DNA from: Podarcis muralis
Lineage: Eukaryota
Direction: 5' to 3'
Length of the DNA stretch: 64,000 nucleotides
Assembly: GCF_964188315.1 (NCBI RefSeq)
Contig: NC_135656.1
Location: 114,514,001 to 114,578,000, forward strand
Shown piece by piece: positions 22,543 through 36,450 of this stretch (positions are counted from its first letter, which is position 1; each line of letters opens with the position of its first letter). The position numbers and the translations under genes were made by a program. The notes under the pieces are model-generated. The model ran no database searches, had not been told where the DNA came from, and was given only the letters and a program-made list of their open reading frames with translations.

Positions 22543-24589
22543 CCTAAGGGTTACATTTGTCCTTTTTTGGGGAGGGGGGGTGTCCCTCTCTGGGTGGTGA
22601 TGTGTATTACTTCACTTATTTTAAAAAGTGGCAAATGTTTCTGGGCCCTCCTGCTCCTTCTGCCAAGTGTGGCCCTGGACTGAGGGTTCATCCACCCTCC
22701 TTCTTGTTCCATGCATAGAAAACATAGGAGAAAATTGGTCCCATGCCTAGAAAGCACAGGTTTGAAAGGTTTTCAGTTTCTCTTGTGCTTTCTAGGCATG
22801 GGTCAAAGCAAATTTTTGTTTGCCCCACTGCTTTCCCCAGGAAAACCCACTGAATTAGGAACAAATGTCAATCCTCAGAAAAACCAATCGATCTTTTCCC
22901 TGATTCAGCAACAAACAGCAAGCAGAAGTGTGGGTGACCCCCAAGTGGGTCTGTGGGGCCGAGTCTGCCCTAAAGTGCTTCCCTGATGGCATTACGGATA
23001 GGAGGAAGGGAAGAGTCAGGGGTCCAAAGCATAAAATGAAAAAGAATTCATTTTCTGCATCCTGAACAAAATGGGTGTGGTGGAACGTTCAGACAAAGAT
23101 CAAAGCTATCACTTATTAACCAATCAATGGCAAATTTATGATAGCTGATAAAAAGACCTGTTCAGGAAAAACATGGATTTGTTTTATACAGTTATAAATA
23201 TATGCCAAATGCCTGGTTTTTTCTTTTCATTATTGAAAAAGAGCAGTTTATGTTTGGGGTGAGATGAGGTGGTGAGCAAATGGGTGTTTTGTTAGGGAGG
23301 AGAGAAGATGGAGGGGGAGAAGGAAGCTGAGCTCTCCCAGCAGAAGAAAAGAACAGTTGCTGGTTGTCGTCACAGCAGTACAAAGTGCACAGCCTTTGCC
23401 CCTCCATAAGCAGGACAGGAGAAAGAATGGCTGGGGGGAAGAAGAAGGAAAGGTAACCCCAGAATTTTTGCTTGATCGACCACATCATCTCCCTGCCCAC
23501 AAGAGAAGCTAGTCTGGGGGTGAGTATCTGACAACCAAACCCCACTGCATGTTCCCAGGCTGCCCTTGGCCCAAGCAGGTCTATTTTCATTCAGTTCCCA
23601 ATGTGTATAGAGGAGCCTTTTAACCGTTCCTCTTCCTTGCCTTCCCCCACCTTTCAGATGAAAGTCAAGCACCTATGGGAATGCTGTTAGCTCTGGGAGA
23701 GGAGCTCCTATGGGTGTCAATGGAGATGTTGGCTGGGCACCCAAAGGAGGGCTTGGAGCCCTTGCAATGGCTTCTGTCCTTGTCTGTCACCTTGGTGCCA
23801 TTCCTGGGCCACTCTTGATGCAGCGCCAGGAGAGTGGACCTGCACATGAATGTGAGATTGTGTCCCACTGAATGATTATTTCATGGAGCTCCATTATTCT
23901 TTCTGCTGGATAGTGAATGCATGAAGCAGGGAAACATTTCTGAAAAGGTGACCTGTTTTGCTTTAAATGGGCAATTTTAAGGATGAAGATTTGTGGGGAT
24001 GATAAATTCTTCAGTGGAGCTCTTTTTTAATTGTTTTAATAGCTATTTTAACAGCTCAATATATTTCAGCATTTTTTATGTATTTTGCTTTGTAATATCT
24101 TTGGCTTTTTATTTATTTCAAAAAATACTGCCTAATTGTGGAAGAACCCAAAGCAGTTTACAAAAACGATAAAAATAATTCAATTATCTCTAAAAAAATA
24201 TATGTAAAACTATAATTTTAAACATACAAACCATTTAAACCGCAGTAGAACAGACTAAAACAAATGAAAACTCATTGAAACTTTCTAATCATCTGGGTTG
24301 TCTTGCCTAAATAAGAATGTTGTCAGCAAGCACTGAAATGAAAACTGTGAAGGTACCTGCTTAATATCAATAGGAAGGGAGATCCAAAGGGTTGCTGCCA
24401 CCAAGCTAAATGATTGAGATCTAACAAATGCAGTGCAGGTATTATGTGGCACTAGTAAAAGTGCCAATTCCTCTGACTGAAGCAGTCAAGTGGGCACATA
24501 TGGGGTAAAGTGATTTTGTAGGTAAATGATGAATGAGTGTGCAAACTGATTTTCCGTTTAGGTTTTATAGTTGAGTTTCAGAGTGGGAC

Positions 24590-25459
24590 TGTTATACAAA
24601 AATTTGGGGTTGACTTTTAAAGCCCATCTCTCCATCAAGGGACCCAGGATCCCTTAAGTCCATTATCAGTCAGAGAAGAATGAGTGGAGGGAGGAACCAG
24701 TGGAGGAAAACAAAGAAAATATTTGATGTCTGTTGCAACAGAGTTCCCGCCCCCGCCCCCACCCTGCAAGGCAGTGAGGGGACCCAGAACAAAACCTTTT
24801 AAGATTTTAGAAATCGTACAGCCCTTAACCAAGGACACTGAAAGTTATCATACACGTACAGTACCAAGCATTTTGCGTGTGTTTGATTGGCGTGCGAACG
24901 TGCACACACTGTTTGGGGGCCAGAATGGAGACGGATTTGCATACACTCTGCCAACATGGGGGATGACATGGACGGGGAGTTGCCTGTGGAAAAGACACAG
25001 AAAATGGTTGCACTTGTAAATCAGACTATGCTCAGAATATTATGTTTGTCCAACATGTTTATAAATCTGCCACTCAGAGATCTGAACAATACATGCTAAT
25101 TGTTTTTCCAGGGCTTGCCAGAGTATCCTTTGGAAATGGTGAATACCTTGGTGTCAGAGTTTATTGACACAGACTGGCCCCTTTTCAAATACAGTGATTT
25201 GAAAGTATAAAGCTTTGCCAGGCTGTGAAAGAATGATTTTACCAAGAACTTTCTGCCAGATATATGGAGGGGTTCCATGGTTCAACTGGAGGATAAAGAT
25301 GGCCTTGCTCTTGCTTTGTGAATTGTGTAAATTTTATACATTCAGATAAAGTGACTAGTTTTTCAGGGAATATTTCCTAATTTTTTGAAGGCCGGAGGTT
25401 TGGTTTTCTGTGGTGAGTATGTGCCTATTATCTGCATGTACCTTAAAAATTGTATAGCA
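24590..25459. mobile_element. LTR-like insertion (870 bp) in the TRIM-A promoter
   Basis: TGTTATA...TATAGCA termini, 4-bp TSD GGAC; empty site present in the paralogous promoter near 36420. Confidence 0.65.
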
Positions 25460-25488
25460 GGACCAATTATGGAATATACCTTTCATAA

Positions 25489-25500
25489 GAAAGTGAAATT
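25489..25500 (+). promoter_or_regulatory. ISRE/IRF-E-like motif with an upstream CCAAT box (about 25463)
   Basis: GAAAGTGAAATT; conserved in the paralog at 36451. Confidence 0.55.
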
Positions 25501-25637
25501 CAGAGTTAGTTTTACTGGAAGGATGTGGAAACGCTTAATACTGATAGTTTTTACCTTACAGGCATTTGTTCCCCTCCTAAGTTCATTCCCCTCCTGCTGC
25601 CTCTCATCTCAATAAAGCCACAGACTCTTCCTCTATC

Positions 25638-26051
25638 ATGGCCTCATCCTCATCCATGGATGTGGGAGAAGAAGCCACATGCCCCATCTGCATGGAGTAT
25701 CTGACAGACCCTGTGACCTTGGACTGTGGCCACAACTTCTGCCGGGACTGCATTGTAAAGTATTTTGACATATGGGAACCAATGCAGGTGGGGGACTTGG
25801 AGTGTCCCATCTGCAAAGCCCGGATGCAGAGAGGGAATTTCCGCCCCAATTGGCAGCTGGCCAATATAGTGGAAAAAATTAAACTCCTGCCACCAAATAA
25901 AGAGGAAAAGGATCTGTGTAAGAAACACCAGGAAAAACTCCACTTGTTCTGCAAAGAAGATGAAGAATTGGTGTGTTTCGTTTGTGAGCGATCCCCAGAA
26001 CATAAATCGCACACTGTGGTTCTCAAGGAAGAGGCTGCCCAGGAATACAAG
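25638..26051 (+). CDS. TRIM-A (TRIM27/39-like E3 ligase) exon 1: RING + B-box2
   Basis: CPIC...CGHNFC..C...CPIC RING; C..H...FC..D...VC..C....H..H B-box; donor AAG|gtagga; 414 nt. Confidence 0.95.
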
Positions 26052-26525
26052 GTAGGAAGTCATTTTGACACTTGCTAACACAACGCTTTCACATCTTTCT
26101 GTGTCTCTGTGTACAGAATATGCTGTCAATGTGGCTATAAAGCAAACATAATAAATTGCTAATCTGCGCCTTAATGTGAATAAAAAATTGGGCCTAGTCT
26201 CTGTGCTTTTCAAAAACAAACAAACACTTTGTTCTGCTTCAAAGGCAACTTTTTAAAATGTGATTTTGTTTTTTAAAGCACATTTTTTCAGCACTTGTGC
26301 CAAAGGGTTCCTGTGTAATGTAATAATAATAATGCTGGTTAATAAGAGTAATAGAATGAAAGTTCTCAAGCGACCCTTGAATTTTAAACGTATAGCAAAA
26401 AAAACCTAGAAGCTCCCAGAGCAATTATCAGATAGAAATCTAATAGTGAGGGGCCACAAAAATTAAATATATGTAAAATACCACTCCCAGTCCTTATCCA
26501 AGCTGATATTTTGTTTTTTCTTTAG

Positions 26526-26621
26526 ACACTCATCTGTGATCGCCTGGAGCATTTGAAGAGAGAGAGAGAAAAAATTCTGGCTTATGAAGCAGAAGTAGGA
26601 GAAGAAAGCAACAGCCTGCTT
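26526..26621 (+). CDS. TRIM-A exon 2 (coiled coil)
   Basis: 96 nt, phase 0-0, AG/GT, parallels 39740-39835. Confidence 0.9.
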
Positions 26622-26935
26622 GTAAGTGTCACAGTTACTACTAAGAGATCCAGGTATACTTGAAGGACCAAGGCTGGATCTATACTGATATGGAAAACAC
26701 TATAAAACCGCTATTAAAAAAAATAGGTCCCAGTGCAATTTCTCATTGGGACAGATCACAACTCTATAGGGGCCCCCTGGTGTCACATGTTTGTAACGCA
26801 TATATTAGTGCAGCGTAGTTGAGTCCCAAGTCATGATGTGGTCCCATGATTGAGTGATTTACCATAACATTGTTAATGAAGGTCTTTCTAAAGACTCTGG
26901 CCTCCTCTTTTCCTCTTTCTTCCTGCCTATTGAAG

Positions 26936-27166
26936 AAATTAACAGAAACTGAGAGGCAGAATACACTGGAGAGGTTCAAACAACTGCACCAGTTTCTGGA
27001 AGAACGAGAAAAGCATCTGCTGAATGAAATAGAAGAGATGGAGAAGGAGATCACAAGAAGAAGGGAGGAGCACCTGGCTAGACTCTCCCAGGAATTCTCC
27101 TCTCTTGAAAGGAGCATCCGGGAGATGGAGGAGAAGAGTCAGCAGCCAGCGAGTCAACTCCTGCAG
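26936..27166 (+). CDS. TRIM-A exon 3 (coiled coil)
   Basis: 231 nt; ERFKQLHQFLEEREKHLL...QPASQLLQ|gtgaga. Confidence 0.92.
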
Positions 27167-27802
27167 GTGAGACTGTGGCAGGAACAGCCCAAAGTTCCTA
27201 TCTAATGGTATAACCACACTTACCTTTTGCTGCACTCTTTCCAGGCACAGGTCAGTGCTTTCCCAGTCCCTAAGCAAGCTTTCTCTCCCCCACCCCGCCA
27301 GTCCCCCTTCCAATTCCTCTTTAAAGTTGAAGCACAACCAATGGCAAATTGGGCTTTCTGTGCATTGCTGTTTGGCCCGATTCAGCTTTAAGGAGCAGGT
27401 TCTGAGAGGGAAAGCTCCGTAGGAGGAACAGAGGGAATTCTCGGACATGGAGCTTTACAGGGTGGACCATGTTGGACCAAAGGGGGAGGGACGGAGAAGG
27501 AGGTCAGGTAGAAGGGACTGCTGTCAAATGGGGCACAGAGTTGGGGCTTGCATTTCTTAGCAGGAGTGTAGTGTAGGGAGGGCCAGAGGGACCTTAGCCC
27601 CAGGCAAATGATTTTGAGGGGGTGCGAGACAGGCACCCCCTTGCAGGGATCCCACCCTGCCTGGTGCCAGGGGTCTTGCCACCACGCCCCTGGCCCCCTC
27701 ATGGGATGGCAGTGTTGGGGGAAAGCACTAGCCAAGGGCTGCATCAGAAACCTGATATGGAAAGTTGGGGTAAGTTAAAATCATCTTGGTTAGATGTTCC
27801 TT

Positions 27803-28425
27803 GAGAGCCAGTGTGGTGTAGTGGTTAAGAGCGGTAGTCTCATAATCTGGGGAACTGGGTTCACGTCTCCGCTCCTCCACATGCAGCTGCTGGGTGACCT
27901 TGGGCTAGCCACACTTCTTTGAAGTCTCTCAGCCCCATTCACCTCACAGAATTTTTGTTGTGGGGGAGGAAGGAAAAGGAGAATGTTAGCTGCTTTGAGA
28001 CTCCTTAGGATAGTGATATGTTGAATGGTTTCTTTAAATGTAAAGGTTCATCATTGTTCCACCTGATGTGTATGTCTTTAAGGGGCCAGAGCAAGGGCCA
28101 GAGCAAGATAACGAGACCCAGTCTTGCAGCTGTGCTACAAACATAGCAGGTGCTGCTAGGTTGTGTTAATTAAGCTGTGTCAGCATTTGGGCATAGTATA
28201 TAAGGAGCAGCACCTAGCTCTCCCATTACCCTGGGGGATGGGTTGGTGGTTGGGTCATGATTGTTGATGTATTTAGTGTAAAAGGAGTTTTTGGTTTTGT
28301 TATTAAAACCTTGTTTAAGTTATTTTTGAGTCCCTTTTTAATGCATGGTCTCCCCAGCAAGCTCTCTGCAGCGCTACTAAACTGCAAATAGCCAACATGA
28401 TAAAGTGGGATATCAAATCCAAATA
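27803..28425 (+). mobile_element. tRNA-derived SINE interrupted by a solo LTR (28019-28397)
   Basis: SINE head gagagccagtgtggtgtagtggttaagagc; insert TGTTG...CAACA with 5-bp TSD TGATA, TATA-like and ATTAAA motifs. Confidence 0.75.
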
Positions 28426-28462
28426 GTGAATTCTATTCTGAGTTTCCTATTTTCCCTTCTAG

Positions 28463-28485
28463 GATGTTAGAAGAACTTTGCAGAG
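28463..28485 (+). CDS. TRIM-A exon 4 (23 nt)
   Basis: ttctag|GATGTTAGAAGAACTTTGCAGAG|gtaagg. Confidence 0.9.
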
Positions 28486-29283
28486 GTAAGGGGATCTTGC
28501 TCATCTCCATTAATATCACTCCCTGAAACTTCACAGGTAAACTGGGAAAGAATATAATATGAAGATTATTAAGTGGAATAGAAATGAAATGAATACTAAT
28601 AATAATACTTCACAGTATCTAGATTTGCCACACCATCAGCAAACTCCGTGATGGCTGCCCCACTCAGTCCCACACAGACACCTGTCCCATGGACCATCTG
28701 TGGGACTATTCCGCAGAGTCCCACACAGTTACCTGTCACCTGTGGGGCTAAAAACGTGGAGCAGGAGTTGGGATGTTTAACATGTTTCTGAACATATCCA
28801 AGTTGCAATATATAACTTCAAGGTGCCACTTGGGTTCATGATAAGAGGATGATGTTGTTTAGTTGTTTAGTCGTGTCTGACTCTTCGTGACCCCATGGAC
28901 CAGAGCAGGCCAGGATAGAAGGAACATTTCACTTTTGTCAACAACAGCAACCATCTTTATCTCCTCCACATCTTTCTTGCCTGTTGTAGGCAATGCAGCT
29001 GGAATGGAAAAACTCTGAGCTGGATGGTATCACTTGACTTTATTTTATTTCTCCATTTGAGTGGGTGTAAATGAAGAGATTCAGACAAAGGGCTGCTCCT
29101 TTGGCCCTCAGTTGTCTGGCTTTGGAGTCCCTAGTGAGGAGGAATCTTCCCCTCTATGTGACTCCATTCCTCTGTCTCTCCCTCTTGGTTTTCTACAGTT
29201 TCTTTCCTCCTCTCAATTCCTTTCTTTTCCTGCTCTCAGAAATTCTGGATTTGAAATGGGTTAACATGTATTTTTCCCATCAG

Positions 29284-29402
29284 GTGTGCGCAGAGGGGGA
29301 CATCTGAAAATCCACTGACTTTCCCACTAGAATTGAAGAGGAAATTCTCAACATTCAGGGCTGCAAATCCCTTTCTATATGTTGAGTTGGAGAAAATAAA
29401 AG
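29284..29402 (+). CDS. TRIM-A exon 5 (119 nt)
   Basis: Phase 2-1; CAQRGTSENPLTFPLELKRKF...; parallels 42226-42344. Confidence 0.88.
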
Positions 29403-29527
29403 GTAATGAAGAATGGCTGCAGGGATTTTATTAGTCCAAAATATGTTATGAAGTGAAATTTTTCTTGCAAAATTATTTGAGTTATAAAAGTCTATTTCTC
29501 AAACTTTATATTACTTTGCTTTTTCAG

Positions 29528-29557
29528 ATGCTCTGTTACCCGGATTGCTTAAGAAAG
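29528..29557 (+). CDS. TRIM-A exon 6 (30 nt)
   Basis: ttttcag|AT GCT...AAA G|gtaaat; phase 1-1. Confidence 0.8.
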
Positions 29558-31083
29558 GTAAATTTTGGGTTAAGGATCAAATTCAAGGTGGGGTTGGGGA
29601 GTGGTATTTTATAATTGGACTGTTAATTGCCTCTTTTGCTCTATTCTAATAAAATGAGTAGTCCACATACCCAAACCACCATGTTTATTTGAATGTAATG
29701 TGCACCGTTATGGTCAAATTACATTGCAGAAATTAGGGTGCCCATTACGTTTGATTGCACATTTACATTCACCCGCAAATACTTTTTTTGGTTTCAAGGT
29801 GTTGAAAATTGAGGTACACATTAGATCTGATAGCGCATTAAATTCACGTAAATATGGTACCTGAATTTATCTATAAGGAGTAACTTCAGTCTTCTCCATT
29901 CATCCAGGAGGATTTCCCTGTTGCATTTCCCCCGTCTTCTAATTTGTTGGTTTTAATCGTGCTGATTATTTACCAACAGGGTAATTGCACACAGAGCTGC
30001 CCGCTAATCCTCTGTTCAACAGGGACCCTCAATATCTCCTTAGATTCTGGAACTCACTAGGCACGGATTCCTGTCAGCTTCTTAAATATATATATTTTAA
30101 AATTAGTCCTCCAAACCTACTCCAGGCCACACATCCCACCGGCAGCCCCTTGGCCCGCCAGGTGGGGGTGGGCCAGGCACACAGTTACCTGGTGGGAAGG
30201 GGTGAGCAGGAATTCTTTCAAATTGTTCTACTGAAGTACATCGTATATAAGCATCAAGAAAGAAATATACAAATAAGCTATTAACAAAGAATGACTTAAC
30301 AGAATTAAAATCAAGTTTAGATTACCGTGATTAAAAGGTTTTGTTGGCCATGGCTGTGTCGGGAAGGTTGATGGTTCGGGGGGGTAATCTCTCCTCCCCA
30401 GTGGCGTCACATCGGGGGGGGGGGGGAGTCACGCCCTGGGTTCCATGCTTGCGGGGGTGACAAGAAGGAGGATCCTCCGTTTGCGGCTGCAGTCACTGTT
30501 GCCAAGGTCAAAATCTTTTAATTCTTAGTCATGTAGACTTTAGCCTCCTTTAGGACAACAAATGTGTGTGTAGTGGTATTATGGTTGTAAGAAAACAATG
30601 CTGGAGGTTCGCACAGGAAGGGAACTTGTTAGGTTGTCTAATTTGATTTATTCCCCCTAATGTCAATGTAAGCCTCTGAAAGCCCCAAATGGGCAATTCA
30701 CACAGAGAGATTCAAAGAAGGACTATTTTTCTCCTCTTGCCCCCATCCCTCCCTCCTCCCCTTCACTGCATAGAAGAGCTGAGGGAATATTTTCTGGACT
30801 GTTTTGCTTCTCGAAGGGTGACTGAATTGACAGGAGGGATACAAAAAAAATGTTGAGTAAAATGGAACAAAAAGAAGTAGATAAAAATCCACAGGTAAGG
30901 TATTTATTCTGAGGTTAGTCTGGGAGAAAGGGGGGGAGTCCCAATCCTGAATGGAACGTGAGGAAGTCCCATTTATCTGAGAGGGAATCTGCTTCTTCTT
31001 GGTGTTATTTTGGATCAGGATGTCCATCTCTGACTCTTGGCTGATTCTGCCTCTCTCCTCTTTTCCTCATCTTCTCTCAACAG

Positions 31084-31604
31084 CAAATGTCACTCTGGAT
31101 CCAGACACAGCCCATCCCTGCCTCATTCTGTCCGAGGATCGGAAAAGCTTGAGAAGAGGAGACAAAGAGCAAGCCCTGCCCGACAATCCTGAGAGATTCA
31201 GTGACTGGCCTTGTGTGTTGGGATGTGAGGGATTCACAGCAGGCAGACATTTCTGGGAAGTCACTGTGGGAAGTAGAGAAGGGTTGGCTATAGGGGTTGC
31301 AAGGAAGTCTATGGGGAGAAAGGGCTGCTTCTCCTTAAGGCCTGAGAGAGGCATCTGGGCTGTGGGGAAGTGGCATGGTGAATACAAGGCCTGCACCTCC
31401 CCTTGTTCCTCTCCTCTGTCCCTGAGTGAGGAGCCCAGGAGGATCTGGGTGACTCTGGACTATGAAGGGGGATATGTGTCTTTTTCTGACGCTGACTCAG
31501 GGGCTGAACTCCACATGTTCTCAGGAGCCTTGTTCTTTGGGGAGACCCTTCTCCCTTTCTTTTGTCTGTGGGGAAATGAAACCAAACTCAGGATCTCCAG
31601 TTAG
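31084..31604 (+). CDS. TRIM-A exon 7: PRY/SPRY (B30.2)
   Basis: ANVTLDPDTAHP.LILSEDRKS...LPDNPERF..WPCVLG.EGF..GRHFWEV; total CDS 1434 nt = 477 aa. Confidence 0.95.
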
Positions 31605-33055
31605 GAACAGAATTGACACCTTTTCAGATGCCCTGTGAGAGGAGTCATTCCAGTCACACTTGGAGGAAACGACAAAACAAAATCTGGGATTTTCTTTTCC
31701 CTCCGCTTTCCCAGAATTCCCTCTGCAGTGGAGTCCTTAAAGAGAGGGAAACACTTTAACCGTCTCAATAAACAATCTATTTCTCCAAAGAATTCACTCA
31801 CCATCCCCTGCAATCCTGGTTCTGTTATTCACCTTCCTCTCATGACAGGACCTCCACCAGCTGTTAAAATGCCCACATTGATTAATAGTTTACTGGAGAA
31901 CAATCCCTCCAGGCACCCTTTGCAACTACAGCTTGTGCATCTCAGGCAGGAAGGAAATAAGAAGACTGTCTGTGAGGCCCCAACTTCCAACCCTTTGCAA
32001 ATGCAGCCTCCCCATCTTCACACTTCCTCAGAGAGAAATCTCACTGAATCCAGAGTTGATGGGAGTTGTTGTCCAGCAACTTGGCTATGTCTCCCTTTTA
32101 TAATCCACATGGTGTCTTCCCTTTGGCCCCCACCCTGGATGTGAGATGTTCCCCCAAAGAGGGTCTTTTCAGTATCTGTGGAATGCCCTCCCACCAGATC
32201 ACACTTCCCCACAGAGCAAGAGATCTCTCCCAGCCCCACAGGTGCAGCACCCGTCCATCAATAAGGGGGAGAGTTAAAGCCTCTTAAGTCTTTCTCCCTA
32301 GCAAAGAGAGGAGACAGTTGCCAGGGGTAACAGGAGGGCTCTCTCAGCCCCTCAAAGGCAGCAGCTAGCATTCTTGTTCTCTCTTTGGTGGCTATTGAGG
32401 TGCTTCAGAGAAGGGAGAAGACACCCCTTCACCTTCTTCCCAGCCCCCTCTCTCTTAAGATCCACATAGGTCCAACAACCAGGGCGGGAGGGAGTTCAGC
32501 ACACCACAGGCCCAGTCTCCCCCTCCTGGAAGCCTGACACTGTTCCTGCAAAGCAACTAGCAGACCCAAGTGTGTCTCCTGTAACTTCCTGCTTAAAAAC
32601 CCTGTAACCTTATACCAAAAATGTTCTGGTTTACCTCCGACCTGCTTTCATTGCTCTTCCACCCCTCCAGGCAGCAGTGATGTGGCAGCATCGGGGAAGT
32701 ATCCCAGAACAATCAACAAAGCAGAAGAAACCCAGTGCTAATGCCCTTTTACTGTGTCAGGAACATGCTGCAGAATACACCAGCCTGGAGGGACCCTTTA
32801 CACAGCAAGGGAAGGAAATCTGCACCTCGGCCCTTTTCCTAATTAGGGACTGTGGGGTTTCATTGCTCCAATGAAGACCACGCTGGGTGCAGTTCTCCAG
32901 AGGACCACTTGATGTCAGCGTTCCACCATGAGCAAGGCTCTTGTTATAGTTTACACCAGAGCTTTCCAAACTTTTCACCTTGCTGACACGCTTTTTAGAC
33001 ATGCGTCCTTTTGCAACACAGTAATTCAGTTTTACTAGCAAAAGTGAGGTTGAAC

Positions 33056-34269
33056 CAGGGGTCCTCAAACTACGGCCCACAGGCCACATCCGGCCCACCA
33101 GTGTCCTGAACCCGGCCCACCCCCAGGCCACACTGCTTCTAAGCCCAAATCCTCTGTGGGCTGGGTGTGCACCTCTCTGTCTTGCCCACCTCACAGGGCT
33201 GCTGTGGGATGCAAAGGCGGGCAAGTTCCACAGGAGCAGGGTGGGAGGGGATCCCGGATGGCCGTGCCAGCTGCTCCTTTCCTCCACCCCCGCCCCCTCT
33301 GCTAGCCCCGCCCTTCCCCACACAGGTACTTCTGCTGGCCGCAAAATGCAGATGGGAGCCGAGCAGTGCAGTGCCGCCTTGCCCAGTGAGCCAGCCGCCT
33401 GCTGCTGCCTCTGCTTCCGTCTGCCATGGCCGGCCAGGCTCAGGGTCGTCACGCTGGCACTGGGTATGCAGAGCTGCTCATCTTGCTCCTCCTTTTGGCG
33501 CTGGTGGCTTCCTAAAGGTGCCTGCTTTGGCATAACCTCTGCAGCATTCAGTGATGCCTACTCCTGTGCAAAGGGCTCCAAGCACACTGGCATTTGTGCA
33601 GTTAAGTTAGTGAGCTTTGTGAGCTTAGTCAGGTTTCCCACCCCAAAGGCTGTCATTCCCTGTGTGCTCACCTGGGAGTAAGCCTTATTGAATTCAGTGG
33701 GACTTACCTCTGAGCAGGCAGGCATGTGATTGTATGGATACATTAGGGAAAAAGTGTCTGTGTATTTACTCAGAAGTAACTGCACTGCTTTCAGTGGATT
33801 TACTCCCTGGTAGGGATGGCTGAATCCGTCCATTTTGGTGTCTTGTTTTTGCAATCTTCCTTTCAGTTCTCCACATTTCCACATTAGTGTTCTTTTAATA
33901 TATTTTTCAAGAAAAGGTACTCTTGAAAATTTGTCACCATTTTAGTCTGGGTTTCTCCTAAAATGCACTTTTTTTGTATGTTGTTTTTCCTAATACACCC
34001 TTGCAAAGCAATTATCTGCAATAGTATGCATAGGGTACTTTCACCAATATGCAAGTTTTGGAGTCACCTTCAAAGGTAGAGAAGCAGGACTGTTTATTTC
34101 CACTATTGGGAATATATGTATTGTATTGTTTTTCCTGTTTTTTGTGCACTACAAATAAAATATGTGCAGTGTGCATAGGAATTCGTTCATATTCATTCAT
34201 AGTCTGGCCCCCAACAGTGCCTGAAGGACAGTGAACTGGCCCCCTGTTTAAAAAGTTTGAGGACCCCTG
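33056..34269. mobile_element. Non-autonomous hAT-type element (about 1.2 kb), apparently nested in another hAT-like repeat
   Basis: Perfect 16-bp TIR caggggtcctcaaact/agtttgaggacccctg; degenerate 8-bp TSD ggttgaac/ggtcaaac. Confidence 0.75.
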
Positions 34270-35824
34270 GGTCAAACTAACACCTTTCCAAGAGCGCGGG
34301 GGTGTTCGTGTGACACACCTACACACTGCAGCTGACACAGTCAATCACAACGCTCTGGTATATGTGCTGATTGGATCAGATTGCAGCAACAGCTGCCGCT
34401 GTCCTTCAGACAAAACAACTTCACAACTTCGGTGCAAATGTTGGTGGTGGTCTTCATGCACCTACTTCTCACGTAAGTCTTCAGTCCATGGGTCGGATAT
34501 ACACATACACAAATTGGTTCAAGGCACGGCCTAGTCCCACAGTCTGGGGTGAGGGTAAGTGGACTTTTCCTGGCTTAGGGGGGCTCACCATACCTGCCCA
34601 GTTCCTACAGACTGGAGGAGTCACTGCCAGGCCTGGGTCTCCGCTGCTCCCCATAGGAAGGAAGGGCTGGGAGTCTTGCTCCAGAAGGGGCTTTGGTGCT
34701 GGGGAGTGACTGGGGATTGGGACCAGGAGGGTTCGCTTTCCAGTAAGGATGGCCGCCCTATTGCACCCATAAGGAGGATTGGGGAGGATAGGAGGGAAGA
34801 GGACCCTTGAACTTGATGGGTGAACATGCCTATAATAGTGCCTGCTCCAGATTATTTTGTACCCTAAGCAAGGCTAACTACTTGTACCCCCTTGCTGCTG
34901 AAACAACAGCAGCTCCAAACTGCTTTGCAAGGCTGGGATCAGTCCAGTGCTGTCTTGAGAATAAACAAACTTTGGTTTGGCCTGATCTCGATGTCAGACT
35001 CCTTCTTCTCACAGAGCAATTGACCCTCTGGGGAAGATACCTGGGGCAAATTTGTTCAACATGCTATGAGGCCAGTGGTGGTGGCCACAGAGAGGCAATA
35101 GGATGCTTCCTTGCAGCTGCCACTGCCATCACAACTGCTCAAAACAAGTGCTGGCTAATCCTCCTCCCAAGCTTATCAGCAGCTGCACCGGTGAGAAAAA
35201 TAGGGACATCCCAGGATCAAATCAAACGCCAGGATGACTTTTGTAAGTTCAGGACTGTGCATTTTGTGTTGGAGTGGGATGATAGCTGAGAGCTTCAACT
35301 CTGGGCGAATGTGGGCTGAAGGAGCGTCTCTACCCCCATCATTCTGCCCACACACTAAGGTCCAGTGCCGAGGGCCTTCTGGCAGTTCCCTCGCTGCGAG
35401 AAGCCAAGTTACAGGCAGAGGGCCTTCTCGGTAGTGGCGCCCTACTTGTTGAACGCCCTCCCACCAGATATCAAAGAGAAAAACAACTACCAGACTTTTA
35501 GAAGACATCTGAAGGCAGCCCTGTTTAGGGAAGCTTTTAATGTTTAATAGGCTATTGTATTTTAATATTCTGTTGGTAGCCACCCAGAGTTTTATGAATC
35601 ACCTTCTTGGGAAGAATCTGTATAGAATTTAGGAGACATATAAAAATTTGCTGGAAAGGAAAATACACCTATGGCTATCTCCTATTGAGGCCATTACAAT
35701 CAAGACAGTGAATAAGGATAGACAGTGGGTAACTTACAGGAAATTGTTGTACTTTACAGGGGGGGGGGGGCTAAATTGAAATCAGTGGAAGATGTAAGGA
35801 GCCATGTTACAGATTGGTTACTAT

Positions 35825-36157
35825 AGGTAAAGGTAAAGGGACCCCTGACCATTAGGTCCAGTCGTGACCGACTCTGGGGTTGCGGTGCTCATCTCGCTTT
35901 GCAGCTTCCGGTCATGTAGCCAGCATGACTAAGCCGCTTCTGGCGAACCAGGGCAGCACACGGAAATGCTGTTTACCTTCCCACCGGAGCGGTACCTATT
36001 TATCTACTTGCAATTTGACGTGCTTTCGAACTGCTAGGTTGGCAGGAGCAGGGACCGAGCAACGGGAACTCACCCCGTCATGGAGATTCAAACCGCCGAC
36101 CTTCTTATTGGCAGGTCCTAGGCTCTGTGGTTTAACGCACAGTGCCACCCACGTCCC
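35825..36157 (-). mobile_element. Sauria-type SINE
   Basis: Family sequence. Confidence 0.88.
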
Positions 36158-36450
36158 TATAACTGCTAGCTAGGCTTGTCTAAATAAGAATGCCATCAAC
36201 TGGCACTGAAACTAATACTGTGAAGGCGCCTTCCCCCTATCAACATGCAGGAGCTTCCACAAGTATCTCTGCCACCACACTAAACATTTGAGTTCTTACA
36301 TACACAGTGTGGGTATTATGTGGCACCTGTAAAAGTGTCAATTCCACTGATTCCAGGTGATATTTTAGGTGAAGGAGTGTGGAAAATGATTTTTGGTTTT
36401 ATAGATGAGTTTCAGGCAGTGGGACCAATTGTGGAGGCTTCATTGCATAA

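Noticed and set aside
25040-25300. Faint L1 ORF1-like or viral-like peptide (QGLPEYPLEMVNTLVSEFIDTDW)
   Set aside because: Similarity too weak to support without a search, stops in frame, and it lies inside the TG...CA insertion
32757-33681. 258-aa and overlapping ORFs
   Set aside because: Cross the boundary of a non-autonomous hAT element; GC-rich, no transposase motifs recognised
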